A stretch of DNA of 64,000 nt from Candidatus Gottesmanbacteria bacterium (GTDB taxonomy: Bacteria > Patescibacteriota > Microgenomatia > UBA10105 > UBA927): positions 268,114-332,113 of the forward strand of contig OY970230.1 in NCBI GenBank assembly GCA_963714095.1, in the 5' to 3' direction. The notes under the pieces were generated by a model that did no database searches, had not been told where the DNA came from, and was given only the letters and a program-made list of their open reading frames with translations. Every line of letters starts with the position of its first letter. The first letter of the stretch is position 1. The position numbers and the translations under genes are program-made. This document shows, piece after piece, positions 45,732-55,288 of the stretch.

Positions 45732-46428
45732 GTTTCTCCTTTTTATGTTTAACGGTATACCGTCCGCGCACTTCATCAGTGGTGATTCTTCCCGCCTCAA
45801 GAGTAATCGTACGTTTTTTCAAATCATTTACAATCGTGGCGTTATGCGTGGCCATCACGATGGTTGTCCCGATTTTATTAATTTCGTTGAGGATATCTAA
45901 AATTTCCCATGACGTGTCCGGATCCAGATTACCGGTCGGCTCGTCGGCCAGAAGTATTGACGGACCGCCGACAATCGCCCGTGCTATCCCCGTCCGCTGC
46001 ATTTCCCCGGCAGACAACTGTAACGGAAAGGAATTTTTTTTACCGCCAAGACCCACAAGTTCCAGCACATCCGAAACGCGTGTTGCAATCTCTTTATCTT
46101 TTTTTCCTAATATTTCCAATCCCAGTGCAACATTTTCAAATACAGTCCGATCGTTCAATAATTTAAAATCCTGAAATACCGTGCCTATTTTACGCCGAAG
46201 CATATGAATTTTCGGCACGGGAAGCACATTTAACTGCCAATCATCCACATGAATAGTACCGGTAGTTGGCAATAAATCACGAATGAGAAGCCGCAACATC
46301 GTCGTTTTACCGGCGCCGGAGGGCCCGATAAGAAAGACAAACTCGCCGTCAGGAATATCGACGGTTATATCGGACAACGCGTGAACGTGCCCGGGATATT
46401 GTTTCGTAACATGGTTAAATCGAATCAT
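45715..46428 (-). CDS. ftsE: cell-division ABC ATPase FtsE
   Basis: 237 aa. Walker A GPSGAGKTT. ABC signature LSAGEMQR. Walker B ILLADEPTGNLD. Confidence 0.85.
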   Translation of the reverse strand: MIRFNHVTKQYPGHVHALSDITVDIPDGEFVFLIGPSGAGKTTMLRLLIRDLLPTTGTIHVDDWQLNVLPVPKIHMLRRKIGTVFQDFKLLNDRTVFENVALGLEILGKKDKEIATRVSDVLELVGLGGKKNSFPLQLSAGEMQRTGIARAIVGGPSILLADEPTGNLDPDTSWEILDILNEINKIGTTIVMATHNATIVNDLKKRTITLEAGRITTDEVRGRYTVKHKKEKHATHS

Positions 46429-46434
46429 GCCTAC

Positions 46435-46905
46435 TCACTGAAGCTCGACTCTGCCGACATCCATAAGCCAAGCAGCTTTTTGAGCGGCTTGTGTCTGCCC
46501 GTAAACTTTTACTTTTTTACCAATGTATTGATCCAGGTCTACGACGGAAGACATAAGAGTCACCGTCTGTGACGGGCCACCGGTACGGATAAGCTGGTGT
46601 GTACCTTCCCCGTCAGTGCTACCCTTCTGTATAACACCCACGGCGGTATCTTTAAATGTACTGGTATCCGTACTGCCTGAAACTTTAGCCGTTTCGATGA
46701 TACCTTGCTTCACCCCCACTCCTGTAATATTTGAGTGCGACAGAAAATATCCGGTGCCGACGCCCAGAAGTGCAAGCACTACGTAGACGCCGATAATAAC
46801 ACGAGTTGACAGAGTTTTCGTTTGCATAGAAATGTCTCCTTTTTGTACCGGATCGATAGGCTCCACGATCGGCATTTCCTTTTTTATCTGTGTCTCAACC
46901 TTCAT
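46435..46905 (-). CDS. membrane-anchored protein of unknown function
   Basis: The ORF is trimmed to MKVETQIKKEM. It has one TM helix (VIIGVYVVLALLGVGTGYFL) followed by a ~110-aa Ser/Thr/Gly-rich soluble domain. It lies between prfB and ftsE. Confidence 0.4.
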   Translation of the reverse strand: MKVETQIKKEMPIVEPIDPVQKGDISMQTKTLSTRVIIGVYVVLALLGVGTGYFLSHSNITGVGVKQGIIETAKVSGSTDTSTFKDTAVGVIQKGSTDGEGTHQLIRTGGPSQTVTLMSSVVDLDQYIGKKVKVYGQTQAAQKAAWLMDVGRVELQ

Positions 46906-46938
46906 ACGGTTTAACCCCCGTGCACTCATTATCACCGC

Positions 46939-47949
46939 TTACGATATTTTTTTCAAGTACGCGATGATGAAATCATCAAGATCTCCGTCTAACACCCTGT
47001 CAGTGTTGCTGGTTTCGACCTGGGTCCGCAAATCTTTCACCATGTGATAGGGATGCAGTACATACGATCGGATCTGGTTTCCCCACCCCGGCGTTTTATA
47101 TACCCCGCGGATATTCTTCTCTTCCGCAAGCCTCGCTTCTTCCTGTTTCTCCCATAATTTTGCCCGGAGTACTTTCAGGGCGTACTCACGGTTTTGCCCT
47201 TGGTAACGCTGCGCCTGGCTCGTAACAATAATACCCGTCGGCTTATGCAAAAGCCGGACAGCCGTCGAAACTTTGTTCACGTTCTGGCCGCCCTTGCCTC
47301 CCGAACGGAAAAAATCCCAAACAAGATCATCCTCTTTTAGTACAACTGCCGCATTATCCTCTATAACAGGCAAAACCTCGACCATGGCAAAAGATGTCTG
47401 CCGCAACTTGTCCGCGTTAAACGGCGACTGACGCACCAGCCGGTGTACGCCCACCTCCGCTTTCAAAAAACCGTATGCGTAGCGGCCTGTCACAGCCAGT
47501 GTGACGCTCTTGATTCCCGCCTCGTCACCCTGCGTGTAATCAATCTCTTCCGCAGCCCAGCCTTTCCGCTCAATATAGCGCGTATACATCCGGTAAAGCA
47601 TACTCGTCCAATCCATCGCTTCCGTGCCGCCCTGCCCCGAATGGATGGCGAAAATCGCATCACCACGGTCATATTGACCTGATAAATACAGGGCGAATTC
47701 CATACGGTCTAATTCTTTTGCAAGTTGCTTTTGGTCGCCATCCGTAAGATACAATTCCAGCATTTCCCCTTCTTCAACCTCTTTTTGCAATGCCGCCATT
47801 TCTTTCATTTTTTTGGTTGCAGTCTGATTATCTTTCCAGAAATCAGGGTGTGACGAGAGTGCCTCAATCTTACGGATGGCTTTGCGTTTCCCGTCCAGAT
47901 CGAGTTTGGTAAGTAATTCGTGAGTCCGCTGAATCAGTGTTTCTTCCAT
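46939..47949 (-). CDS. prfB: peptide chain release factor 2
   Basis: 336 aa. It has the SPF tripeptide ([15 protein letters not shown]) and the GGQ motif ([15 protein letters not shown]). It is a single contiguous frame, so no programmed +1 frameshift is needed. Confidence 0.85.
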   Translation of the reverse strand: MEETLIQRTHELLTKLDLDGKRKAIRKIEALSSHPDFWKDNQTATKKMKEMAALQKEVEEGEMLELYLTDGDQKQLAKELDRMEFALYLSGQYDRGDAIFAIHSGQGGTEAMDWTSMLYRMYTRYIERKGWAAEEIDYTQGDEAGIKSVTLAVTGRYAYGFLKAEVGVHRLVRQSPFNADKLRQTSFAMVEVLPVIEDNAAVVLKEDDLVWDFFRSGGKGGQNVNKVSTAVRLLHKPTGIIVTSQAQRYQGQNREYALKVLRAKLWEKQEEARLAEEKNIRGVYKTPGWGNQIRSYVLHPYHMVKDLRTQVETSNTDRVLDGDLDDFIIAYLKKIS

Positions 47950-47955
47950 TGAAGC

Positions 47956-48747
47956 TTATTTTATCATGAGTGACAGAAGAAATATCAGGATGGCAATAAT
48001 AACTATAGTGCCGCCCGAAGACAGATTAAAATAGAATGAAATAATAATGCCGCTCAATACGGAAAAAAGAGATACCAATTCCGCAATAACGATCGTTGTG
48101 AAAAAACTTTTTTTAAACTGCAAAGCAGTAATTACCGGTATAACAACAAGAGCTGCAATCAAAAGAACCCCGACGATGGGAATAGCAACAGCAACCGTAA
48201 ACGCCGCCAGAGTAATAAGCAGGAGATTCATGTACCGGGTAGGAATTCCTGCGACAGCGGCCGACTCCTCATCAAATGTGAGGTATACGAGTTCCTTGTA
48301 GAATGCGGCGACAGCCCCGATTACAACTAATCCCAATCCCGCTATAATAAAAATATCTGATTGCTTCACGGTCAGGATGCTTCCGAAAAGATAATTGAAA
48401 ATATCGACGTTAAATCCGCGGCCGAAACTGATAAGAATAATCGCTACGGCCAAGCTTCCGGACAAAAATAGAGAGAGGGCGGATTCGCCGTATACTTTTT
48501 TGGACAATCGCAACCGCTCAATGGCAAAAGAAGAAATAACGGCGGTCGCAACTGCGGTAATGAGCGGATTTATACCGATAAGGAGTCCGATTGCAACTCC
48601 CGCAAGTGAAACGTGAGCAAGCGTATCGGCGATAAGCGAATAACGCCTCAGTACCAAAAACATGCCGATAAGCGGAGCGATAACGGCGACAATAATGCCC
48701 GCTTCCATGGCCCGAATGACAAATGAATACTGAAACAGATCAAACAT
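47956..48747 (-). CDS. znuB: metal (Zn/Mn) ABC transporter permease, ABC-3 family
   Basis: The ORF is trimmed to MFDLFQYSFVIRAMEAG. It has 8-9 TM helices and is adjacent to the ATPase and substrate-binding protein genes. Confidence 0.7.
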   Translation of the reverse strand: MFDLFQYSFVIRAMEAGIIVAVIAPLIGMFLVLRRYSLIADTLAHVSLAGVAIGLLIGINPLITAVATAVISSFAIERLRLSKKVYGESALSLFLSGSLAVAIILISFGRGFNVDIFNYLFGSILTVKQSDIFIIAGLGLVVIGAVAAFYKELVYLTFDEESAAVAGIPTRYMNLLLITLAAFTVAVAIPIVGVLLIAALVVIPVITALQFKKSFFTTIVIAELVSLFSVLSGIIISFYFNLSSGGTIVIIAILIFLLSLMIK

Positions 48748-49429
48748 AGGGACACCCCTTTGGATCACCGTAATAGATCAATTTTTGATTGATGACCGCA
48801 ACGTGAGAAACTTCCCGCTTAATGACATCAATGTCATGGGCTATAAGAACAAGCGTCATCCCCAAATCCTGATTGAATTTCTTGAGCAATGTATAAAATT
48901 GTTTCTGGGAACTCTCATCGACCCCTGCGGTTGGTTCGTCCAAAAAAATAACCCGCGGCTGCCGGCCGCTTATGGCTCTGGCGATAAACACACGCTGTTG
49001 CTGTCCGCCGGATAAATTCCCGATAAGAACGTTTTTATATTCTTCCAGCCCCACCTGACGAATGGCCAAGTCAACAGCCTTCTGATCCTCGCGTGTGAGC
49101 GGATGTAATAATCCGCGCTGACCGATTCGTCCCTGCGCAACGACTTCCGCGACTGTAATGGGAAATCCTGCATCAAAATGCGTTGCATTTTGCGCCAGAT
49201 ACCCGATCGAGGGAACGGATGACATGATAGTGCCGGAATCGGGTTTCAATAATCCGAGAATAAGTTTGAGGAGTGTCGTTTTTCCGCCGCCGTTGGGGCC
49301 GATAATACCCAGATAATCCCCCGCATGGATGGCGAGGGTAACATTTTTAACCGCATCTTCGACGCCGTTATATGAATAGGAAACGTTATGAAGTTCAATA
49401 ACGTTTTTGGAATGATCTACTTGGTGCAT
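48740..49429 (-). CDS. znuC: metal ABC transporter ATP-binding protein
   Basis: 229 aa. Walker A GPNGGGKTT. Signature LSGGQQQRV. Walker B IFLDEPTAGVD. Confidence 0.8.
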   Translation of the reverse strand: MHQVDHSKNVIELHNVSYSYNGVEDAVKNVTLAIHAGDYLGIIGPNGGGKTTLLKLILGLLKPDSGTIMSSVPSIGYLAQNATHFDAGFPITVAEVVAQGRIGQRGLLHPLTREDQKAVDLAIRQVGLEEYKNVLIGNLSGGQQQRVFIARAISGRQPRVIFLDEPTAGVDESSQKQFYTLLKKFNQDLGMTLVLIAHDIDVIKREVSHVAVINQKLIYYGDPKGCPYV

Positions 49430-50340
49430 GATAAAGCGGTTTGCAGATTTCTGAGATTTTCCTGCATAATCGTATAATAATTTTTCCCCGCCCTCATGTC
49501 ATCACCGGATACGCCCTCAATAGGATCAAGAACTAACGTCTTCGCTCCAATTTCTGATGCAATTGTATCGGAAAGCTTCGGGCTGATCAGGCTTTCAAAA
49601 AATATATATTTTACGTCATTCTTTCTTGCGAACGTTGCTATATCTGCCATCTGTTGTGCTGAAGGTTCTGCGTCTGGGGAAAGTCCGGTAATCGGAACCT
49701 GGGTCAGATGATACCGCGTTGCTAGATATCCGAATGCCGCATGCGACGTAATAATATTTTTTTCCTGACAAGATGAGAGACCTTGCTGATATTGTTTATC
49801 CAAATCATCCAGTTTAGAAAGAAGCGATGTAGCATTATTATAAAAATAGTTTTTGTCAGCGGGATCTATTTTTAATAAAGCTTCCAGTATTGCTTTCACT
49901 TCTTTTTTTGCATTCACCGGATCAAGCCATACGTGCGGATCGATTTGATTTTGCCCGTTTTCTTCAACCTGCTGAGTTAAGAGTCCCTGACCGGCAACAA
50001 CTACTTGAACATGCGTTCCTTTCAGATTATCTTTTATTTTATTTCCCCACGCTTCAACACCGCCGTTGAGCACCAGCAGGTTTCCTTTTTCGATCTTTGC
50101 AATATCTCCCGCTGACGGATCATAGTCGTGCGGTTCTGCTCCCGCTGGAGTAATATTTATAACGTCAGCCTTATCGCCTGCTATCTGTGTTGTAAAATAA
50201 TAGAGGGGATAAAATGATGTAGCAACTTGAAGTTTACCATTATACGTCCCTTTATCAATTTGATTGCGTTTCATAAAAGCAAAACCTATGAATACAAAAA
50301 CGGCGAGTAATATAATTCCAACGAAATGTTTGTTTTTCAT
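49417..50340 (-). CDS. znuA: metal ABC transporter substrate-binding protein (TroA/ZnuA-like)
   Basis: 307 aa with a signal/TM. Motifs: VATSFYPLYYFTTQIAG and His/Asp metal-binding residues (EPHDYDPS ... DPHVWLDP). Confidence 0.75.
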   Translation of the reverse strand: MKNKHFVGIILLAVFVFIGFAFMKRNQIDKGTYNGKLQVATSFYPLYYFTTQIAGDKADVINITPAGAEPHDYDPSAGDIAKIEKGNLLVLNGGVEAWGNKIKDNLKGTHVQVVVAGQGLLTQQVEENGQNQIDPHVWLDPVNAKKEVKAILEALLKIDPADKNYFYNNATSLLSKLDDLDKQYQQGLSSCQEKNIITSHAAFGYLATRYHLTQVPITGLSPDAEPSAQQMADIATFARKNDVKYIFFESLISPKLSDTIASEIGAKTLVLDPIEGVSGDDMRAGKNYYTIMQENLRNLQTALSCTK

Positions 50341-50343
50341 ATA

Positions 50344-50760
50344 TTAATTTTGGCAATCGGCACACAGCCCGAAAAATTCCAGCGAATGTCGTTTCACCAA
50401 AACCCCTTTCTTTTTTATAATATTTTTAACGAGTACGGAAACGTTACAATCTTCAATATCCTCAACCGCACCGCAGCGCTCACAAACAAAGTGATGATGT
50501 TCAGGCTTACCTGCATATTCATACCGCAGTTTGCCTTCATTAAATTGGATAGATTTTAATAAACCTTTTTCAGTAAGGATATTGAGAGCGCGAAATACCG
50601 TTACTTTATCCGAATGACTACGCTCCCGTATTGTCGCCGCGTCGAGTGGAAATTTAGCATGCTCAACTATGTCCAATACCTTCAGACGTACAGGAGTGAC
50701 TTTCAGTTCTGCGCCGCGGAGTTCATCTTTACAATCGTACATGAGGACTATTATATGCAA
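50344..50760 (-). CDS. zur: Fur-family metalloregulator (likely Zur)
   Basis: 138 aa with a winged-helix N-terminus and an HHHFVCERCG...CADCQ metal site. It lies immediately upstream of znuACB. Confidence 0.7.
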   Translation of the reverse strand: MHIIVLMYDCKDELRGAELKVTPVRLKVLDIVEHAKFPLDAATIRERSHSDKVTVFRALNILTEKGLLKSIQFNEGKLRYEYAGKPEHHHFVCERCGAVEDIEDCNVSVLVKNIIKKKGVLVKRHSLEFFGLCADCQN

Positions 50761-51894
50761 CTAAGTTGCATTTGTCAACATATCATGGAAAAAACCTTTC
50801 TTATATTGATATATCATCGCAGCTAAAAATGTAGTTATAGGAACTGCTAAGATAAGTCCGATGCTGACGACAAGTGTACGCACAACTTCTTCTGCCATAA
50901 ACTCGTTATTAATAATCTGAGAAAAAGGCTGCGGATTGTCAATAAGAAGTACAAGGAGCGGCAACGCGGCACCTGCGTATACAAGAATAAGGGTGTTGAT
51001 CATCGATGCTATATGATCATGCCCTACATTCATAGCTTTCCTATAGAGGGAGATAAAACCAATTTTGTCCGATGCTTTCTGCAGTTCTGCCACAATCGCA
51101 GCCTGCGAAACGGTTATATCGTTTAGAACCCCAACTCCGCCGATAACAATACCTGCAAGGAATAACCCTTGTATATTCACCATTCCTGGATAATATACCT
51201 GCAAATACCCTGCCTCCTCCGAACCATATCCTGTAAGATGCGCAAGCACAACAAAATAATTGGCAAGCATACCAGTAATCACAAGACTGATAAATGTTCC
51301 CACAATGGCAACTGTCGTTTTCTTATTAAATCCGTGTGAAAGATAAAATGTCACCGGAACGATAATAAAGGAACTGATAATAGCAGCAGTCATAGGATCC
51401 CCGCGATGCGCAATCGTCGGGAGTGTATAAAGAAAAATTATACTGAAGGAAATTCCCATCCCGATGAGCGACGTAAAACCGCGGCGCGCACCGATAGCGA
51501 TTGCAACCAAAACAAACACGATAAATGCCCATAAAAGCGCACCGCGACGGACATAATCCTCTATGGTGTATTCATCCTTCCCTGAAAGATCTTTCCCATG
51601 GTTGAGAACGAGTTTATCTCCGACAACATACTTCTGTACGTCTGCCATCGGCAAATTACCATTTTCCAACGTTATAGTTTTGCCTTTTTGCGAACCGCTT
51701 GTCAGCACCAAATCTAATTTTTGATATAGCTGCAGACCGGTTGCACCGGCAGGTATACCTTCCGTCTCCTCATCGATCTTTGTTACCACCGCCTCAACCG
51801 TATCCGGTGGCACCGGTTTACTTTGTGCAAGCACCTGGTGAAACGGAAAACACAACAACCCACCAAATATCGCAACAATAGCAAACTTTCTCAT
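50761..51894 (-). CDS. YibE/F-family polytopic membrane protein
   Basis: The ORF is trimmed to MRKFAIVAIFGG. An N-terminal extracytoplasmic region of about 120 aa is followed by about 8 TM helices containing the LNDITVSQ motif. Confidence 0.55.
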   Translation of the reverse strand: MRKFAIVAIFGGLLCFPFHQVLAQSKPVPPDTVEAVVTKIDEETEGIPAGATGLQLYQKLDLVLTSGSQKGKTITLENGNLPMADVQKYVVGDKLVLNHGKDLSGKDEYTIEDYVRRGALLWAFIVFVLVAIAIGARRGFTSLIGMGISFSIIFLYTLPTIAHRGDPMTAAIISSFIIVPVTFYLSHGFNKKTTVAIVGTFISLVITGMLANYFVVLAHLTGYGSEEAGYLQVYYPGMVNIQGLFLAGIVIGGVGVLNDITVSQAAIVAELQKASDKIGFISLYRKAMNVGHDHIASMINTLILVYAGAALPLLVLLIDNPQPFSQIINNEFMAEEVVRTLVVSIGLILAVPITTFLAAMIYQYKKGFFHDMLTNAT

Positions 51895-51917
51895 ATGGGC
51901 CAGTATACCATGTACCA

Positions 51918-52307
51918 TTATTTTGCCGACGGGGTGGCGGATTTACAGATAATTTCCTGTAGGGTTTTTTGCTGATCAGGAGAAAGTTTTTCGTACCGGT
52001 TCATCAGCTGCGCGGTTACCTGGGACATAACGACCGTTTGGGCACGTTTTTCTACCGCGCTTTTTATTCCGTTCCACGCATTATTTGCAACAACCCCCAA
52101 ATTTATCGGTTTTACTGTTTTATCATCGGTTACGCCCAATACAGCCGCTGCAGCCGCGCCTTGCGGCGTCTTAACAACCGTATCATGCACCTCCTGGAGA
52201 AGTTGCGGGCGCGGGGAACTCGTAATTTTGGGCCATACCAGACTTCCGCCGGAAAGCGTAACACCGAATACCGCAACCGCCAGTACCAATTGAACCACAA
52301 GTTCCAT
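51918..52307 (-). CDS. small membrane-anchored hypothetical protein
   Basis: The ORF is trimmed to MELVVQLVLAVAVFGV, which avoids overlap with the divergent ruvC. It has one TM helix plus an ~100-aa soluble region. Confidence 0.35.
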   Translation of the reverse strand: MELVVQLVLAVAVFGVTLSGGSLVWPKITSSPRPQLLQEVHDTVVKTPQGAAAAAVLGVTDDKTVKPINLGVVANNAWNGIKSAVEKRAQTVVMSQVTAQLMNRYEKLSPDQQKTLQEIICKSATPSAK

Positions 52308-52338
52308 AGTCAGGTATGTATATGATATAACTACGGCA

Positions 52339-52824
52339 ATGAGAATACTAGGAATCGACCCCGGTATCGCACGCGTCGGGTGGGCAATCGTAGAAACACA
52401 TACACCAGAACCCATCGCCGTATCATTCGGCTGCATCACGACCCAAAAGGATGAAAAAGCAGAAGTCCGTCTACGGCAGATTCATACCGCGGTCAGTTTA
52501 TTATGTAAGAAATTTCATCCCGACTGCATGAGCGTCGAGGCATTGTACTTTGCGACAAATGTGACAACAGCAATCGGTGTGGGGCAATCCCGCGGCGTTA
52601 TCCTCTTGGCTGCAGCAGAGGCGCGCATTCCTGTGGTATCATATAGTCCGCTTGCGGTGAAACGGACGATTACCGGTGACGGCAGAGCGGACAAAAAACA
52701 GGTTATCTCGATGGTCGTCAGAATTTTGAAACTGAAACAGAAGCCGCTCCTGGACGACACGGCCGACGCCCTGGCAATCGCAATGACACATGCATATAGT
52801 TATAAAATGAAACAACTTTTATGA
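52339..52824 (+). CDS. ruvC: Holliday junction resolvase RuvC
   Basis: MRILGIDPGIARVGWAIVE. It is 161 aa with the acidic catalytic residues of RuvC. Confidence 0.85.
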   Translation: MRILGIDPGIARVGWAIVETHTPEPIAVSFGCITTQKDEKAEVRLRQIHTAVSLLCKKFHPDCMSVEALYFATNVTTAIGVGQSRGVILLAAAEARIPVVSYSPLAVKRTITGDGRADKKQVISMVVRILKLKQKPLLDDTADALAIAMTHAYSYKMKQLL

Positions 52825-53393
52825 TCGGAAGACTGACTGGCATCATCGATTCCCATATCCATAATCCGCTCATTATTGATATTCACGGCGTGGGCTACGT
52901 CGTGTACGTACCTGAACGGTATTTGGCAGGCATTAAACCGGGAAAAATTCATACAGTATTTATCCACTCTCACATCCGTGAAGATGCATTTGATCTCTAT
53001 GGATTCGCGACACAACAGGAGTTGGCGCTGTTTGAATTATTATTGACCGTATCCGGAATTGGACCCAAAACAGCTCTAAACGTCGTCGACCGCGGCGTCG
53101 ATTCCGTTGAGAAATCGGTGCGGAAAAGTGACGTCGATTTTTTTACCACTATTCCCCGCCTGGGCACAAAAAATGCTCAAAAAATTATTATTGAACTCAA
53201 AAGCAAACTCGGAAGCTCCAAAATGCTGGATCTGACAGGCGCCGATTCTTCGGAGACAAAACAGATTATCGAGGCTCTGTCTACCATGGGATTTGATAAA
53301 AACGAAATCCGCGAAGCATTAAAAAAGCTTGATACCAAAGACGTGTCGGTTGAACAAAAAATCCGTCATGCACTGAAACTTTTAGGAAAATGA
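52821..53393 (+). CDS. ruvA: Holliday junction branch-migration protein RuvA
   Basis: MIGRLTGII...[10 protein letters not shown]. HhH region: [20 protein letters not shown] overlap with ruvC. Confidence 0.85.
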   Translation: MIGRLTGIIDSHIHNPLIIDIHGVGYVVYVPERYLAGIKPGKIHTVFIHSHIREDAFDLYGFATQQELALFELLLTVSGIGPKTALNVVDRGVDSVEKSVRKSDVDFFTTIPRLGTKNAQKIIIELKSKLGSSKMLDLTGADSSETKQIIEALSTMGFDKNEIREALKKLDTKDVSVEQKIRHALKLLGK

Positions 53394-54409
53394 AACCAAA
53401 AAAAATTATTACAAAGGATATTATCGGCGAACAGGTGTCGCCGGAAGAAGAAAAACTCTTTATTTCTCTTCGGGCAAGCTCATGGAGCGAATTTGCCGGG
53501 CAGGAAACCGTCAAGGAAAATATCCGCATCGCTCTTACCGCAGCCAAAAAACGGAAAGAACCTGTGGAGCATATCCTCCTCTACGGCCCGCCGGGACTAG
53601 GGAAAACAACGCTCGCGCATATTATCGGCCGGGAAATGGGAGTCAATGTGCGGGTAACCAGCGGCCCTGCCATTGAACGAGCCGGAGATCTGGCCGCCAT
53701 ATTAACCAACCTTGCACCGGGAGATATTTTGTTTATCGATGAAATCCACCGTTTAAATAAAGTCGTCGAGGAAACACTCTATCCTGCCATGGAAGACTTT
53801 GCGTTGGATATAGTCATCGGCAAAGGCCCATCAGCGAGAACTCTGCGTCTGGATTTACCACGGTTTACCATTATCGGGGCTACAACACGGGTAGGACTTC
53901 TTTCCTCCCCTATGCGCGACCGGTTCGGTGTCGTTCATAGGTTATCTTTTTATTCCCCGAAAGAACTGGAATCCATTATCACGAGGGCTGCGGAAAAACT
54001 GAAAATAAAAATTGACCCGAAGGCAAAAATAGAGCTTGCACGACGCAGCCGCGGAACGCCAAGGATAGCGCTCCGGCTTCTCAAGCGGGCGCGTGATGTG
54101 GCTCAGGTCGAAGGCGACGGAAAAATTACACCGGAAATACTTAGCCGGGCTCTTTCGATGCTGGAAATTGATGAGGCAGGGTTAGACTCATCCGACAGGC
54201 GGCTCCTCACGACTCTCATCGATTCCTTCGGGGGCGGACCGGTCGGTATTGAAACCATTGCTGCCGCTCTCTCTGAAGATATCGGAACTGTCGAAGAGGT
54301 GCTGGAACCGTATTTGATGCAGATAGGATTTATCAAACGATCTCCCCGCGGCCGCGTGGCAACCAAGCATGCATACACACATCTCAGGAAACCCTATCCC
54401 ACACGATAA
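53390..54409 (+). CDS. ruvB: Holliday junction ATP-dependent DNA helicase RuvB
   Basis: Walker [12 protein letters not shown]. Walker [14 protein letters not shown] overlap with ruvA. Confidence 0.9.
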   Translation: MKPKKIITKDIIGEQVSPEEEKLFISLRASSWSEFAGQETVKENIRIALTAAKKRKEPVEHILLYGPPGLGKTTLAHIIGREMGVNVRVTSGPAIERAGDLAAILTNLAPGDILFIDEIHRLNKVVEETLYPAMEDFALDIVIGKGPSARTLRLDLPRFTIIGATTRVGLLSSPMRDRFGVVHRLSFYSPKELESIITRAAEKLKIKIDPKAKIELARRSRGTPRIALRLLKRARDVAQVEGDGKITPEILSRALSMLEIDEAGLDSSDRRLLTTLIDSFGGGPVGIETIAAALSEDIGTVEEVLEPYLMQIGFIKRSPRGRVATKHAYTHLRKPYPTR

Positions 54410-54410
54410 T

Positions 54411-55235
54411 TTATTTTAATGCCGCGTCCACCGCAGATTGCATATCCTTGAAGCTATATGCGCCGTTAAAATTCGTCGCATTGACAAAAAATCCCGGTGT
54501 CCCCTGCACTCCGAGGGTGGAAGCCAGTTGGGTATCAGTGCCAAGCCGTGCATCATATTTGCCGGAATCCAGACACGACTTCATGAATGTCGGGTCAATC
54601 GCAGGGGCCAAAAAGTTTGCTAAATCCCCCGATTTCGTCTTATCGTTCTTCACAACAGGACTCGTCGATGGCTGGCCTGCCGGATCGGTTCCGTTTTGGA
54701 TTTCATATCCTTTTTCACTCATGATAAGATCACTGACTTCCCAAAATTTTCCCTTTTCAAATGCACAGTAGAGAGCCCTCATGCCCATTTCACCGTTCCC
54801 GTGGCCGGGATCGTAAATGTACGCAAATGCCGCCTTCCCCTGATCCACCAGATTTTTCATTTCCGGAACAGGCGCGACATACGTACCGCCGTCGGCAACC
54901 ATCTTAAACTGTGCTGATAGGTTGTTCAGCTCGGGATCTTTTCCCCCTGCAATTTGGCAAAACGGGCAGCTCGGATCCGCCACTTCAACCAATAGGAGCT
55001 TACTGTTGGCATTACCAAATTTTATTATGTCTTTCTTAAAAAGATCTTTGATTTGCGTAAGCGTTACTGTGGGAGCAGCAGCCGCGGCAGGCGTCGTCGC
55101 AGCAGCAGCAGGGGTAGCACCTTTAGAGAGATACTGCACTTTCGCCGTGAGGTTTCCGATCAAATACGCAGCAACGACAAGAGCGACAACAAGAACAATG
55201 TATAGAATATTTAGTTTTTTCGTTTGTTCAGCCAT
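54411..55235 (-). CDS. membrane-anchored DsbA-like thiol:disulfide oxidoreductase
   Basis: The ORF is trimmed to MAEQTKKLNILYIVLVVALVVA. It has a TM anchor, an Ala/Thr/Pro linker and the thioredoxin active site CPFC. A GVQGTPGFFVN motif is also present. Confidence 0.7.
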   Translation of the reverse strand: MAEQTKKLNILYIVLVVALVVAAYLIGNLTAKVQYLSKGATPAAAATTPAAAAAPTVTLTQIKDLFKKDIIKFGNANSKLLLVEVADPSCPFCQIAGGKDPELNNLSAQFKMVADGGTYVAPVPEMKNLVDQGKAAFAYIYDPGHGNGEMGMRALYCAFEKGKFWEVSDLIMSEKGYEIQNGTDPAGQPSTSPVVKNDKTKSGDLANFLAPAIDPTFMKSCLDSGKYDARLGTDTQLASTLGVQGTPGFFVNATNFNGAYSFKDMQSAVDAALK

Positions 55236-55288
55236 AGATTCCTCCCGGTTGGGCCATTTTACTGACAATTATTGTGTAATGCAAGATA

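Noticed and set aside
46939-47949. Possible programmed +1 frameshift in prfB
   Set aside because: The RF2 reading frame is contiguous from the Met through the SPF and GGQ motifs to the stop. No in-frame TGA or frame break was seen. This appears to be an unshifted prfB, as occurs in some lineages.
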